64,000 nucleotides of DNA from Mobula hypostoma (taxonomy: Eukaryota). Shown here piece by piece: positions 39,737 to 49,608 of the stretch; the stretch's first letter is position 1; the number at the start of each line of letters is the position of its first letter. The position numbers were made by a program, and so were the translations under genes. The notes beneath the pieces are model-generated. The model was not told the origin of the DNA. It ran no database searches and saw only the letters and a list, made by a program, of their open reading frames with translations. The stretch spans positions 254,760,001 through 254,824,000 of the forward strand of contig NC_086097.1 of assembly GCF_963921235.1 (NCBI RefSeq), in the 5' to 3' direction.

Positions 39737-39809
39737 CGAGCCAGGTAGGAGTCGAACCTACAATCTTCTGATCCGTAGTCAGACGCGTTATCCATTGCGC
39801 CACTGGCCC
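39737..39809 (-). tRNA. tRNA-Arg(ACG), copy 1 (left arm)
   Basis: Reverse complement reads GGGCCAGTGGCGCAATGGATAACGCGTCTGACTACGGATCAGAAGATTGTAGGTTCGACTCCTACCTGGCTCG (73 nt). Full cloverleaf, anticodon loop CT-ACG-GA, T-stem GTAGG/CCTAC, TTTT a few nt downstream. Confidence 0.97.
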
Positions 39810-39914
39810 CCTTCGCTTATCGGAAACCACTGTCAGTGCTAGACTACTTCAAAACGTACGAACACCGGAAAATTCTTTCTTCCTCGGTGAAAGTCTGCAC
39901 ATTCTGGAAATACG

Positions 39915-39998
39915 AAGCAACGCACACAAGATGCTGCAGAAACTCAGCAGGCAACACAGCATCTATGCAAAGGAGTAGCAAGTCGACGTTTCGGACCC
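39915..39998 (-). mobile_element. Old PLE pLTR fragment between tRNA-Arg and tRNA-Tyr, shared by all three modules
   Basis: AAGATGCTGCAGAAACTCAGCAGGCAACACAGCATCTATG...AGTCGACGTTTCGG. Paralogs at ~48400..48490 and ~60395..60480. Confidence 0.65.
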
Positions 39999-40146
39999 AC
40001 CCGGCAGACACGCAGCCGTCACTCAGCTCCAGAAACATTGTCCGCAGGCAGGAGTTCCCAACCTGTTTTATCACATGGACACTAGTCTGGGACTCCGTGT
40101 CACAGGGGTCCACGCGGAGCACCCTGTTCGTGCCTTTCCTTCGATA

Positions 40147-40211
40147 TGTTGACTGATCGTTTCCACGGATGCTGCCCGACCTGCTGAGTTCCTCCAGCGT
40201 GTTGTGAGTCT
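40147..40211 (+). mobile_element. PLE pLTR fragment (65 bp) upstream of tRNA-Tyr copy 1, between two copies of the ~67-bp 5' flank
   Basis: GATGCTGCCCGACCTGCTGAGTTCCTCCAGC core. Flanks 40080..40146 and 40212..40278 are imperfect direct repeats ending in CCTTCGATA. Confidence 0.75.
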
Positions 40212-40269
40212 CACTAGTTTGTGACTACGTGTCGCAAGGGTCCACGCGGAGGACCTTGTTCGTGCCTTT

Positions 40270-40356
40270 CCTTCGATAGCTCAGCTGGTAGAGCGGAGGA
40301 CTGTAGAGACAAAAGCTGACATCCTTAGGTCGCTGGTTCGATTCCGGCTCGAAGGA
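40270..40356 (+). tRNA. tRNA-Tyr(GTA) with 14-nt intron (40307..40320, AGACAAAAGCTGAC), copy 1
   Basis: CCTTCGATAGCTCAGCTGGTAGAGCGGAGGACTGTAG + intron + ATCCTTAGGTCGCTGGTTCGATTCCGGCTCGAAGGA. Canonical vertebrate tRNA-Tyr exons, with the intron after position 37. Confidence 0.97.
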
Positions 40357-40469
40357 CTAGCTCTTCTCTTATGCTGACCATCGCTTCCATATCACGGACC
40401 TACTTACTGGCACAACACTGCTCTCACAACTGCCCTGTCACCTAACCAGATGCAAGGCATCAAATCAGA

Positions 40470-40594
40470 GGGGTCTCGGCCCCAAATCTCGCCTGTCTAC
40501 TCTTTCCCACAGATGCTGCCTGGCCTGCTGACTTCCTCCAGCATTTTGAGCGTGCGGATTTGCATTTCCAGCATCTGCTGAATATCTCGTGTTT
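40470..40594 (+). mobile_element. Old PLE pLTR fragment downstream of tRNA-Tyr, shared by all three modules
   Basis: GGGTCTCGGCCC...AGATGCTGCCTGGCCTGCTGACTTCCTCCAGCATTTTG...TTTCCAGCATCTGC. Confidence 0.65.
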
Positions 40595-41330
40595 GTCCTA
40601 CAAGGCGAGCTTATTTCAGGGTAAAATTCCAGAGTGCCAGCTCTTCACACAAGCTGCTCTAGCCCAGCAGTGCAAAGCTCTACACAGAAAATGATGGATA
40701 CAGTCCAGTCCAGCACTTGAAAAATCCTTCACACCATTGAGCACATCTTCACAGATCACGGTCACAAGAGTCTTTCATTAAGGATCCCCACCATTCGAAG
40801 CTGTGCTACTCTTTCCTGGCGCAAATGATCAATCCCGTGTCACGGGGCAGCTTGGTGACATAAGACTGCACTCGGGACTGCTCCGACACGTCACCAGGTG
40901 GAATACAGATGCACCAAATCACACAATTCCCATCGCGAGCTTGTCTCGGCCCAGCATTCCAGAGCACTCAGTCTTCACACAGGCCGCTCCCGCAGTCTCT
41001 CCACTCTCAGAGTTGATTGGACTCCACGCAACAAGATGATGCGATTCTGCTTCATAGCAAGTGTTCAACAAAAGAGATTACCACAAAGGCACGGACATTA
41101 CTTTCTTCAATTCTGATTGGGCAACCTTTTGCGGTCACTCCCGGTTCAGCGTTTGCAAATCCACACCAGCAGGTGGTGCCAGTATCTGAAGTATCAGAAC
41201 GCAGATACAGACCGGCATTGTACCAGGTCTCCTCCGATTTGTGTCGCTCAGTATGTTCTGTTCATCTATGTCTGAATCAGCGTCAGGCTTGTTATCACCG
41301 GCAGGTGTCGTGAAATATGTTAACTTAGCT

Positions 41331-41600
41331 GAGAGTTAATAAAGGGCAAAAGTTTAGGGGTAACATGAGGGGGAACTTCTTTACTCAGAGAGTGGTAGCT
41401 GTGTGGAACGAGCTTCCAGCAGAAGTGGTTGAGGCAGATTCGATGTTGTCGTTTAAAGTTAAGTTAGATAGATATATGGACAGGAACGAAATGGAGGGTT
41501 ATGGGCTGAGTGCAGGTCGGTGGGACTAGGTGAGAGTAGGAGTTCAGCACGGACTAGAAGGGCCGAGATGGCCTGTTTCCATGCTGTAATTGTTATATAT
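41331..41600 (+). mobile_element. Short CR1 3' end, left arm only
   Basis: GNFFTQRVVAVWNELP-type 3' end. Empty site near 58800..58810. Confidence 0.8.
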
Positions 41601-42255
41601 AGTTGCAGCAGTTCAATGCAATACAAAATAGAGAAGAAAAAAATCATAATAGCAAATATGTAAATCATTTACTGTATATGTATATTGAATCGTGAAAAAA
41701 CCCAGAAATACTGTAATATATATCCAAAAAGCGAGGTAGTGATCACGGGTTTAATGTCCAATGTCCATTTAGGAATCGGCTGTCAGAGGGGATGAAGCTG
41801 TTCCTGAATCACTGAGTGTGTGCCTTCAGGCTTCTGTACCTCCTTCCTGATGGTAACAGTGAGAAAAGGGCATGCCCTGGGTGCTGGAGGTCCTTAATAA
41901 TGGACGATGCCTTTCTGAGGCACCACTCCCTGACAATGTCCTGAGTAATTTGTAGACTAGTACCCAAGATGGAGCTGACTAGATTTACAACCCTCTGCAG
42001 CTTCTTCCAGTCTTGTGCAGTAGCCAGCCAGCACCCTGCCTCCGCCAATACCAGACAGTGATGCAGCCTGTCTGAATGTTCTCCATGGTTCATCAATACA
42101 ATCAGAATCAGGTTTATTATCACCGGTATGTGACGTGAAGTGTGTCAATTTAGCAGCAGCAATACTAAGTTTTTGAGTGTATTTGTTGACATACCAAATC
42201 TCTTCAAATTCCTAATATAGTATAGTCGCTGTCTTGCCTTCTTTATAACTGTATC

Positions 42256-43595
42256 AAGGATAAGGTTACAGAGTACCTGGAGGCATATGACAAGATCGGC
42301 AGAACTCAGCATGGATTCCTTGAAGGAAAATCCTGCCTGACAAACCTATTACAATTTTTTGAGGAAATTACCAGTAGGCTAGACAAGGGAGATGCAGTGG
42401 ATGTTGTATATTTGGATTTTCAGAAGGCCTTTGACAAGGTGCCAGACATGAGGCTATTTAACAAGATAAGAGCCCATGGAATTACAGGAAAGTTACATAC
42501 GTGGACAGAGCGTTGGCTGAGTGGCAGAAAACAGAGAGTGGGAATAGAGGGATCCTATTCTGGCTGGCTGCCGGTTACCAGTGGTGTACCACAGGGGTCC
42601 GTGTTGGGGCCGCTTCTTTTTACATTGTACATCAATGCTTTGGATTATGGAATAGATGGCTGTGTGGCTAAGTTTGCTGATGATACGAAGATAGGTGGAG
42701 GGGCCAGTAGTGCTGAGGAAACGGAGAGTCTGCAGAGAGGCTTGGATACATTGGAAGAATGGGCAAAGTGGCAAATGAAATACACTTTCCAACATTGTAT
42801 GGTTATGCACTTTGGCAGAAGAAATAAATGGGCAGACTGTTATTTAAATGGGGAGAGAATTCAAAGTTCTGAGATGCAACGGGACTTGGGAGTCCTCGTA
42901 CAGGATACCCTTAAAGTTAACCTCCAGGTTGAGTCAGTAGTGAAGAAGGCGAATGCAATGTTGGCATTCATTTCTAGAGAAATAGAGTATAGGAGCAGGG
43001 GTGTGATGTTGAGGCTCTACAAGGCGCTGGTGAGACCTCACTTGGAGTGCTGTGGGCAGTTTTGGTCTCCTTATTTAAGAAAGGATGTGCTGACATTGGA
43101 GAGGGTACAGAGAAGGTTCACTAGAATGATTCCGGGAATGAGAGGTTTAACATATGAGGAACGTTTGTCCGCTCTTGGACTGTATTCCTTAGAGTTTGGA
43201 AGAATGAGAGGAGACCTACTAGAAACATTTCAAATGTTGAAAGGCATGGACAGAATGGATGTGGCAAAGTTGTTGCCCATGATGGGGGAGTCTAGTACGA
43301 GAGGGCATGACTTAAGGATTGAAGGGCACCCATTCAGAACAGAAATGTGAAGAAATTTTTTTAGCCAGAGGGTGGTGAATCTATGGAATTTGTTGCCACA
43401 GGCAGCAGTGGAGGCCAAGTCATTGGGTGTACTTAAGGCAGAGATTGATAGGTATCTAAGTAACCAGGGCATCAAAGGTTATGGTGAGAAGGCGGGGGAG
43501 TGGGACTAAATGGGAGAATGGATCAGCTCATGATAAAATGGCGGAGCAGACTCGACAGGCCGAATGGCCGACTTCTGCTCCTTTGTCTTATGGTC
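42256..43595 (+). mobile_element. CR1 RT/3' fragment inserted in Rex1, left arm only
   Basis: 317-aa [15 protein letters not shown]...KFADDT. Empty site at ~51690..51697. Confidence 0.9.
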
Positions 43596-44341
43596 TCGAT
43601 ATGTTGGGACCAGGTTAGGTCCTCAGAGATCTTGACACCCAGGATCTTCAAACTGTTGACTCTCTCCACTTCTGATCCCCCATGAGGATTGGTATGTGTT
43701 CTTATGTCTTACCCATCCTGAAGTCCGCAATCAGCTCTTTCGTATTACTGACGTTGAGTGTCAGGTTGTTGCTGCAGCACCACTCCACTAGTTGGCATAT
43801 CTCACTGCTGTATGCCCTCTTGTCTCCATCTCAGATTCCTTCAACAATGGTTGTATCGTCAGCAAATTTATAGATGGTTTTTCAGCTATGCCTAGCCACA
43901 CACTAATGGGTATAGAGAGAGTAGAGCAATGGGCTAAGCACACACCCCTGAGGTCTGCCAGTGTTGATCATCAGCGAGGAGGAGATGTTATCACCACTCT
44001 GCACAGATTGCATCTCCTGGTTTGGAATTCAAGGATCTAATTGCAGCAGGAGGTACAGAGGCCCAGGTTCTGTAAATTCTCAATCACGATTGATACAAGC
44101 CTGCATATGTGCTGCTGCATGGACTGTGAAATTGGAGAGCTGGATGTAATTCAGTGTTGCAGAGAACTTAAATATGGCTCTTTCCAGAAGGGAGCTCTTG
44201 GAACAGAGGTAGTGTTCCCAATAGATATTGGAGCAGAATTACTCCAATAACTGATCCAATTCTCCTCCCAGCTCTGATATCCTGCCTTCTCCCCATAACG
44301 CTTCATGTGCTGACTAAATAGAGAATCTATCTACCTCTGCC

Positions 44342-44742
44342 TGTTGCATGGGGTGACTGAGGAGAACCCAAGTGCAGGACACAGGCACGTCGACTGAGTT
44401 GGGGATGCCGGAGTAGATGTGAAGGTTGAACAGCAAACCGGAGGAATCTTGACAAGGAGACCAGATTTACAGGGACTATCTTAAAACTGGAGCTGAACTT
44501 GGAACTAAACTTAGAACTAACAGTTCTAATCAGACAAGAGAACGAAGTATCACAGGAGAATAGACCAACAAACTGGCAACCTGTGATGGTGATGCTATCG
44601 TACTTATTTCACAGTCTCTGGTGAAAACCAGGTGTATTGTAATTAAGTAAACCAGCAGCTATTGGAAATCTAATGACTGAAATTAGGGCATGATCAGGGA
44701 GAAAGGAGCATTAAAGGGGAACAGCCAAACAGAACCATGACA
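44342..44742. mobile_element. Solo LTR (401 bp), predates the duplication
   Basis: TG...CA ends with 5-bp TSD CTGCC at 44337..44341 and 44743..44747. Inverted paralog 49402..50969 has GGCAG flanks and is split by a CR1. Confidence 0.82.
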
Positions 44743-47700
44743 CTGCCTTTATTATACATAAAAATTTATGTGTCCACAGCTGCATGTGGCATAGAATTCC
44801 ACAAATTCACCACTCCCTGCCAAAAGAAATTCCTCCTCAACTCTGTTCTAAAATGATGCCCACCTATTCTGAGGCTGTGTCCTCTGGACTTAGACTTTCC
44901 CACCATATACGCTCAATCAAGGCCTTTCAACACTCGATAGGTTGAAAGGATTGTCCCTAGCAATCCTTTTGCTCTTAACAACGCTGTAGATCTTCACCAT
45001 GTCTGCCAGAACTTCATGACTTCACTAAGCCTTGCTGATTTCTTTCGTAAGTGTTGTCTATAAGGCAGAAAAAGTGAATGGAAAGTTGGATGATTGGGAA
45101 GCTTTTAAAATCCAACAAATGGCAACTAAAATGATGTAAAAAGGGAAAAGATGAAATATGAGGGAAAACCAGTCAAGCAGGAAACTAGAAGTTTTTTTTT
45201 CCAGTTATATAAAGAGTAAAAGAGAGGTGAGAGTTGATATTGGGCCACTGGAAAATGATGCTGGTCAGGTAGTAATGGGGGCAGTTGAACTTAATAAGTA
45301 ATTTGCATCAGTCTTCACTGTGGAAGACACTAGCAGTGTGCCAGAGGTCCATGAGTGTCAGGGAGCAGGAGTGGATGCCATTGGTATTACAAAGGCAAAA
45401 GTGCTCAGCGGACTAAAAGGCCTTAAGGTGGATAAGTCACCTGGGTCACATACCGTTCCTGCCTCTACCACCACTGCCAGCAGCCCATCCACGCACTCAC
45501 CACTCTCTGCGTAAAAAACTTACCCCTAATATCACCTCTGTACCTACTTCCAAGGAACTTAGAACAATGACCTCTTGTGCTAACCAATTCAGCCCCAGGG
45601 AAAAGCCTCTGACTATCCACACAATCAATGCCTCTCATTATCTTGTACACCTCTATCAGGTCACCTCTCATCCTCCGTCACTCCAAGGAGAAAAGGCCGA
45701 GTTCACTCAACCTGTTCTCATAAGGCATGCTCCCCAATCTAGGCAACATCCTTGTAGATCTCCTCTACACCCTTTCTATGGTTTCCACGTCCTCCCTATA
45801 GTGAGGCGACCAGAATTGAACACAGTACGCCAAATGGGGTCTGACCAGAGTCCTATATACCTGCAACATTACCTCTCAGCTCTTAAACTCAATGCACCTT
45901 ATTTTGTATCCTTCGTGCCTTGAGATATAACACTTAGTGTGCTCTATTTGCTACCCCTTTCAATTCTGCTTCCCTACGGCACTGATAATCACCCTGCTGG
46001 CTGCAATTATGTCCTTTCATCTGCCTGCCCTTCCTAACAGTCTGAATGCATGCCATCTCTTTTTTTTTAAACTGTTCATCCCATCCTGAGTTTCTTCATT
46101 CTGGTTCCACCCCCTGCTAATTTAGTTTAAATTCTCCCCAACAGCTGTAATGGTGAATGGGGTTGAATGGGATCCAGGATTAGCCATGATGGAATGGCAG
46201 AGCAGACTCAATGAGCAGAATGGCCTAATTCTTCTCCTCTGTCTTATGTTAATATCAAAAGGACTAAATGGGGTGGATGTGAAGTGGATGATCCTTCTGG
46301 TGGGCAGAGGGCACAGCCTGAAAACCAAGGGACGACCTTTCAGAACAGAAGTAAGGAGTAATTGTTTTTGGCTAAAGAGTAATGAATATGTGGAATGTTC
46401 TGCAGCGGAGGCCAAGAGCGTAGGTATATTCAAAGCAGAAGTTGATAGATTCCTTATTGGTCAGGGCATCAAGGGATATGGTGAGAAGGCAGGTGTATGG
46501 GGTTGAATGGGATCCAGGATCAGCCACGATGAATGGTGGAGTGGTCTCAAAGGGCTGAATGGCCTAATTCTACTCTTAAGTCTCACAGTTTTATGTCCTA
46601 ACACATAGGAGCAGAATTTGGCCTTTCATCCCATCGAGTCTGCTAACTACCTTATAATTTCCTTACATTTGCCTTCCTCCCTTCTGAAAGAGCGGAGTGA
46701 CATTCGCAATCTGGGACCATGCCAGAATCAATAAATTCTTGAAAGATTGTGAACAATGCATCCATTATCCATTTAGCAACCTCTCTCATGACTCTGGGAT
46801 GTAGTCCATCTGGCCGAGGTGACTTATCCAACTTAAGGCCTTTGAGTCTGCTGAACACTTTTGCCTTTGTAACAGCAATGGCATTCACTCCTGCTCCCTG
46901 ACACTCACGGACCTCCGGCACACTGCTAGTGTCTTCCACAGGGAAAACTGATTCAAAGTAATTATTAAGTTCACCTGCCATTTTTCTGTCCCCCATTACT
47001 ACCTGACCAGCATCATTTTCCAGTGGTCCAATATTAACTCTCACCTCTTTTACTCTTTATATAACTGGAAAAAAAAACTTCTGGTTTCCTGCTTTATATT
47101 CTTGGCTAGTTTTCCCTCATATTTCATCTTTTCCTTTCTTACATCGTTTTTGTCGCCTTTTGTTGGATTTTAAAAGCTTCCCAATCATTCAACTACTCAC
47201 TTGCTTTTTCTGCCTTATAGAGAACATTTAGGAAACGAAGGTTGGGTGTGTTGTGGATAGCGTGGAGGGTTGTCAGAGGTTACAACGGGACCTTGATAGG
47301 ATGCAAAACTGGCCTTAGAAGTGGCAGATGGAGTTCAACCCAGAGAAGCGTGAGGTGGTTCATTTTGGTAGGTCAAATATGATGACAGAATGTAGATTTA
47401 TTTGTAATACTCTTGGCAGTGTGGAGGAGCAGAGGGATCTTGGGGTCCAAGTCCATAGAACACTCAAAGCTGCTTCGCAGGTTGACTCCCGGTTAAGGGA
47501 CACGGTGCATCTGTATTCCATCTGGTGACGTGTCGGAGCACTCCCGAGTGCAGTCTTATGTCACCAAGCTGCCCCGTGACACGGGATTGATCATTTGCGC
47601 CAGGAAAGAGTAGCACAGCTTCGAATGGTGGGGATCCTTAATGAAAGACTCTTGTGTCCGTGATCTGTGAAGATGTGCTCAATAGTGTGAAGGATTTTTC

Positions 47701-48064
47701 AAGTGCTGGACTGGACTGTATCCATCATTTTCTGTGTAGAGCTTTGCACTGCTGGGCTAGAGCAGCTTGTGTGAAGAGCTGGCACTCTGGAATTTTACCC
47801 TGAAATAAGCTCGCCTTGTAGGACAAACACGAGATATTCAGCAGATGCTGGAAATGCAAATCCGCACTCTCAAAATGCTGGAGGAAGTCAGCAGGCCAGG
47901 CAGCATCTGTGGGAAAGAGTAGACAGGCGAGATTTGGGGCCGAGATCCTTCTGTGATTTGATGCCTTGCATCTGGTTAGGTGACGGGGCAGTTGTGAGAG
48001 CAATGTTGTGCCGGTAAGCAGGTCCGTGATATGGAAGTGATGATTAGCATAAGAAAAGAGCTAG

Positions 48065-48151
48065 TCCTTCGAGCCGGAATCGAACCAGCGACCTAAGGAT
48101 GTCAGCTTTTGTCTCTACAGTCCTCCGCTCTACCAGCTGAGCTATCGAAGG
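48065..48151 (-). tRNA. tRNA-Tyr(GTA) with 14-nt intron, copy 2 (spacer)
   Basis: Exact reverse complement of 40270..40356. Followed on its own strand by CTAGCTCTTTTC, which contains a T4 terminator. Confidence 0.97.
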
Positions 48152-48210
48152 AAAGGCACGAACAAGGTCCTCCGCGTGGACCCTTGCGACACGGAGTCCC
48201 AAACTAGCGT

Positions 48211-48307
48211 CCTGACGAAGGGTCTCGGCCTGAAGTGTCGACTGTACCTCTTCCTAGAGATGCTGCCTGGTCTGCTGCGTTCACCAGCAACTTTGATGTC
48301 TGTTGTT
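48211..48307 (+). mobile_element. Short PLE pLTR insertion (97 bp) upstream of tRNA-Tyr copy 2
   Basis: CCTGACGAAGGGTCTCGGCCTGAAGTGTCGACTG...CTTTGATGTCTGTTGTT. Perfect 14-bp TSD TCCCAAACTAGCGT at 48197..48210 and 48308..48321. Hammerhead GAAA is mutated to GAAG. Confidence 0.85.
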
Positions 48308-48590
48308 TCCCAAACTAGCGTGCATGTGATAGAACAGGTTGGGAACTCCTGCCTGCGGACAATGTTTCTGGAGCTGAGTGACAGCTGCGTGTCTGCCGGG
48401 TGGGTCCGAAACGTCGACTTGCTACTCCTTTGCATAGATGCTGTGTTGCCTGCTGAGTTTCTTCGGCATCTTGTGTGCGTTGCTTCGTATTTCCAGAATG
48501 TGCAGACTTTCACCGAGGAAGAAAGAATTTTCCGGTGTTCGTACGTTTTGAAGTAGTCTAGCACTGACAGTGGTTTCCGATAAGCGAAGG

Positions 48591-48663
48591 GGGCCAGTGG
48601 CGCAATGGATAACGCGTCTGACTACGGATCAGAAGATTGTAGGTTCGACTCCTACCTGGCTCG
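48591..48663 (+). tRNA. tRNA-Arg(ACG), copy 2 (spacer)
   Basis: Same 73-nt sequence as copy 1, followed by GTGATGTTTT. Confidence 0.97.
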
Positions 48664-49608
48664 GTGATGTTTTCCTCATTCTTTTGCAAACTCGTCGGCT
48701 GTCCTCTTTCACCCCGCTTCCTGGCCAATTTCCTTTACCATTTATGACTGACTCCTCACCTGAAAGCTCACGCTTCATTTCCGCATCAGCTGCCGGTTAG
48801 CTTTGTCTCATCGCTAGTGTCTTCCACAGTGAAGAGTGACGCAAAGTACTTATTAAGTTCAACTGCCCCCATTACTACCTCACCAGCATCATTTTCCAGT
48901 GGCCCAATATCAACTCTCACCTCTTTTACTCTTTATACAACTGGGGAAAAAAAAACTTCTGGTTTCCTGCTTGGATGGTTTTCCCTCATATTTCATCTTT
49001 TCCCTTTTTACATCATTTTAGTTGCCATTTGTTGGATTTTAAAAGCTTCCCAATCATCCAACTTCCCATTCACTTTTTCTGCCTTATAGACAACACTTAC
49101 GAAAGAAATCAGCAAGGCTTAGTGAAGTCATGAAGTTCTGGCAGACATGGTGAAGATCTACAGCGTTAAGAGCAAAAGGATTGCTAGGGACAATCCTTTC
49201 AACCTATCGAGTGTTGAAAGGCCTTGATTGAGCGTATATGGTGGGAAAGTCTAAGTCCAGAGGACACAGCCTCAGAATAGGTGGGCATCATTTTAGAACA
49301 GAGTTGAGGAGGAATTTCTTTTGGCAGGGAGTGGTGAATTTGTGGAATTCTATGCCACATGCAGCTGTGGACACATAAATTTTTATGTATAATAAAGGCA
49401 GTGTCATGGTTCTGTTTGGCTGTTCCCCTTTAATGCTCCTTTCTCCCTGATCATGCCCTAATTTCAGTCATTAGATTTCCAATTGCTGCTGGTTTACTTA
49501 ATTACAATACACCTGGTTTTCATCAGAGACTGTGAAATAGGTACGATGGCGTCACCATCACAGGTTGCCAGTTTGTTGGTCTATTCTCCTGTGATACTTC
49601 GTTCTCTT

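Larger units (their letters stand above)
32705..45334. repeat. Left arm of a large inverted segmental duplication (may extend further left)
   Basis: Collinear reverse-complement matches include repeat-repeat junctions and unique DNA: 32705<->64000, ~34180<->~63480, ~37510<->~63110, tRNA pair, ~42080<->~51870, 44742<->49402, 45334<->48813. Confidence 0.92.
47504..48815. repeat. Third copy of the tRNA-Tyr/tRNA-Arg module, a direct repeat of 59224..60810
   Basis: Begins GGTGCATCTGTATTCCA and ends TTTGTCTCATCGCT, as in the right-arm copy. The main difference is the PLE insert. Confidence 0.93.

Noticed and set aside
39407..40156. Short ORFs conserved in two or three copies (MSHRFSG..., MVRRKLAK..., MLDYFKTY...)
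   Set aside because: They overlap tRNA genes, Rex1 or PLE fragments and have no recognisable domains. Their conservation is explained by duplication or conversion.
48591..48663. GTAGG/CCTAC T-stem as a novel tRNA-Arg variant
   Set aside because: The stem is fully paired and, from recall, this isodecoder occurs in other vertebrates. Novelty cannot be claimed without a GtRNAdb comparison.
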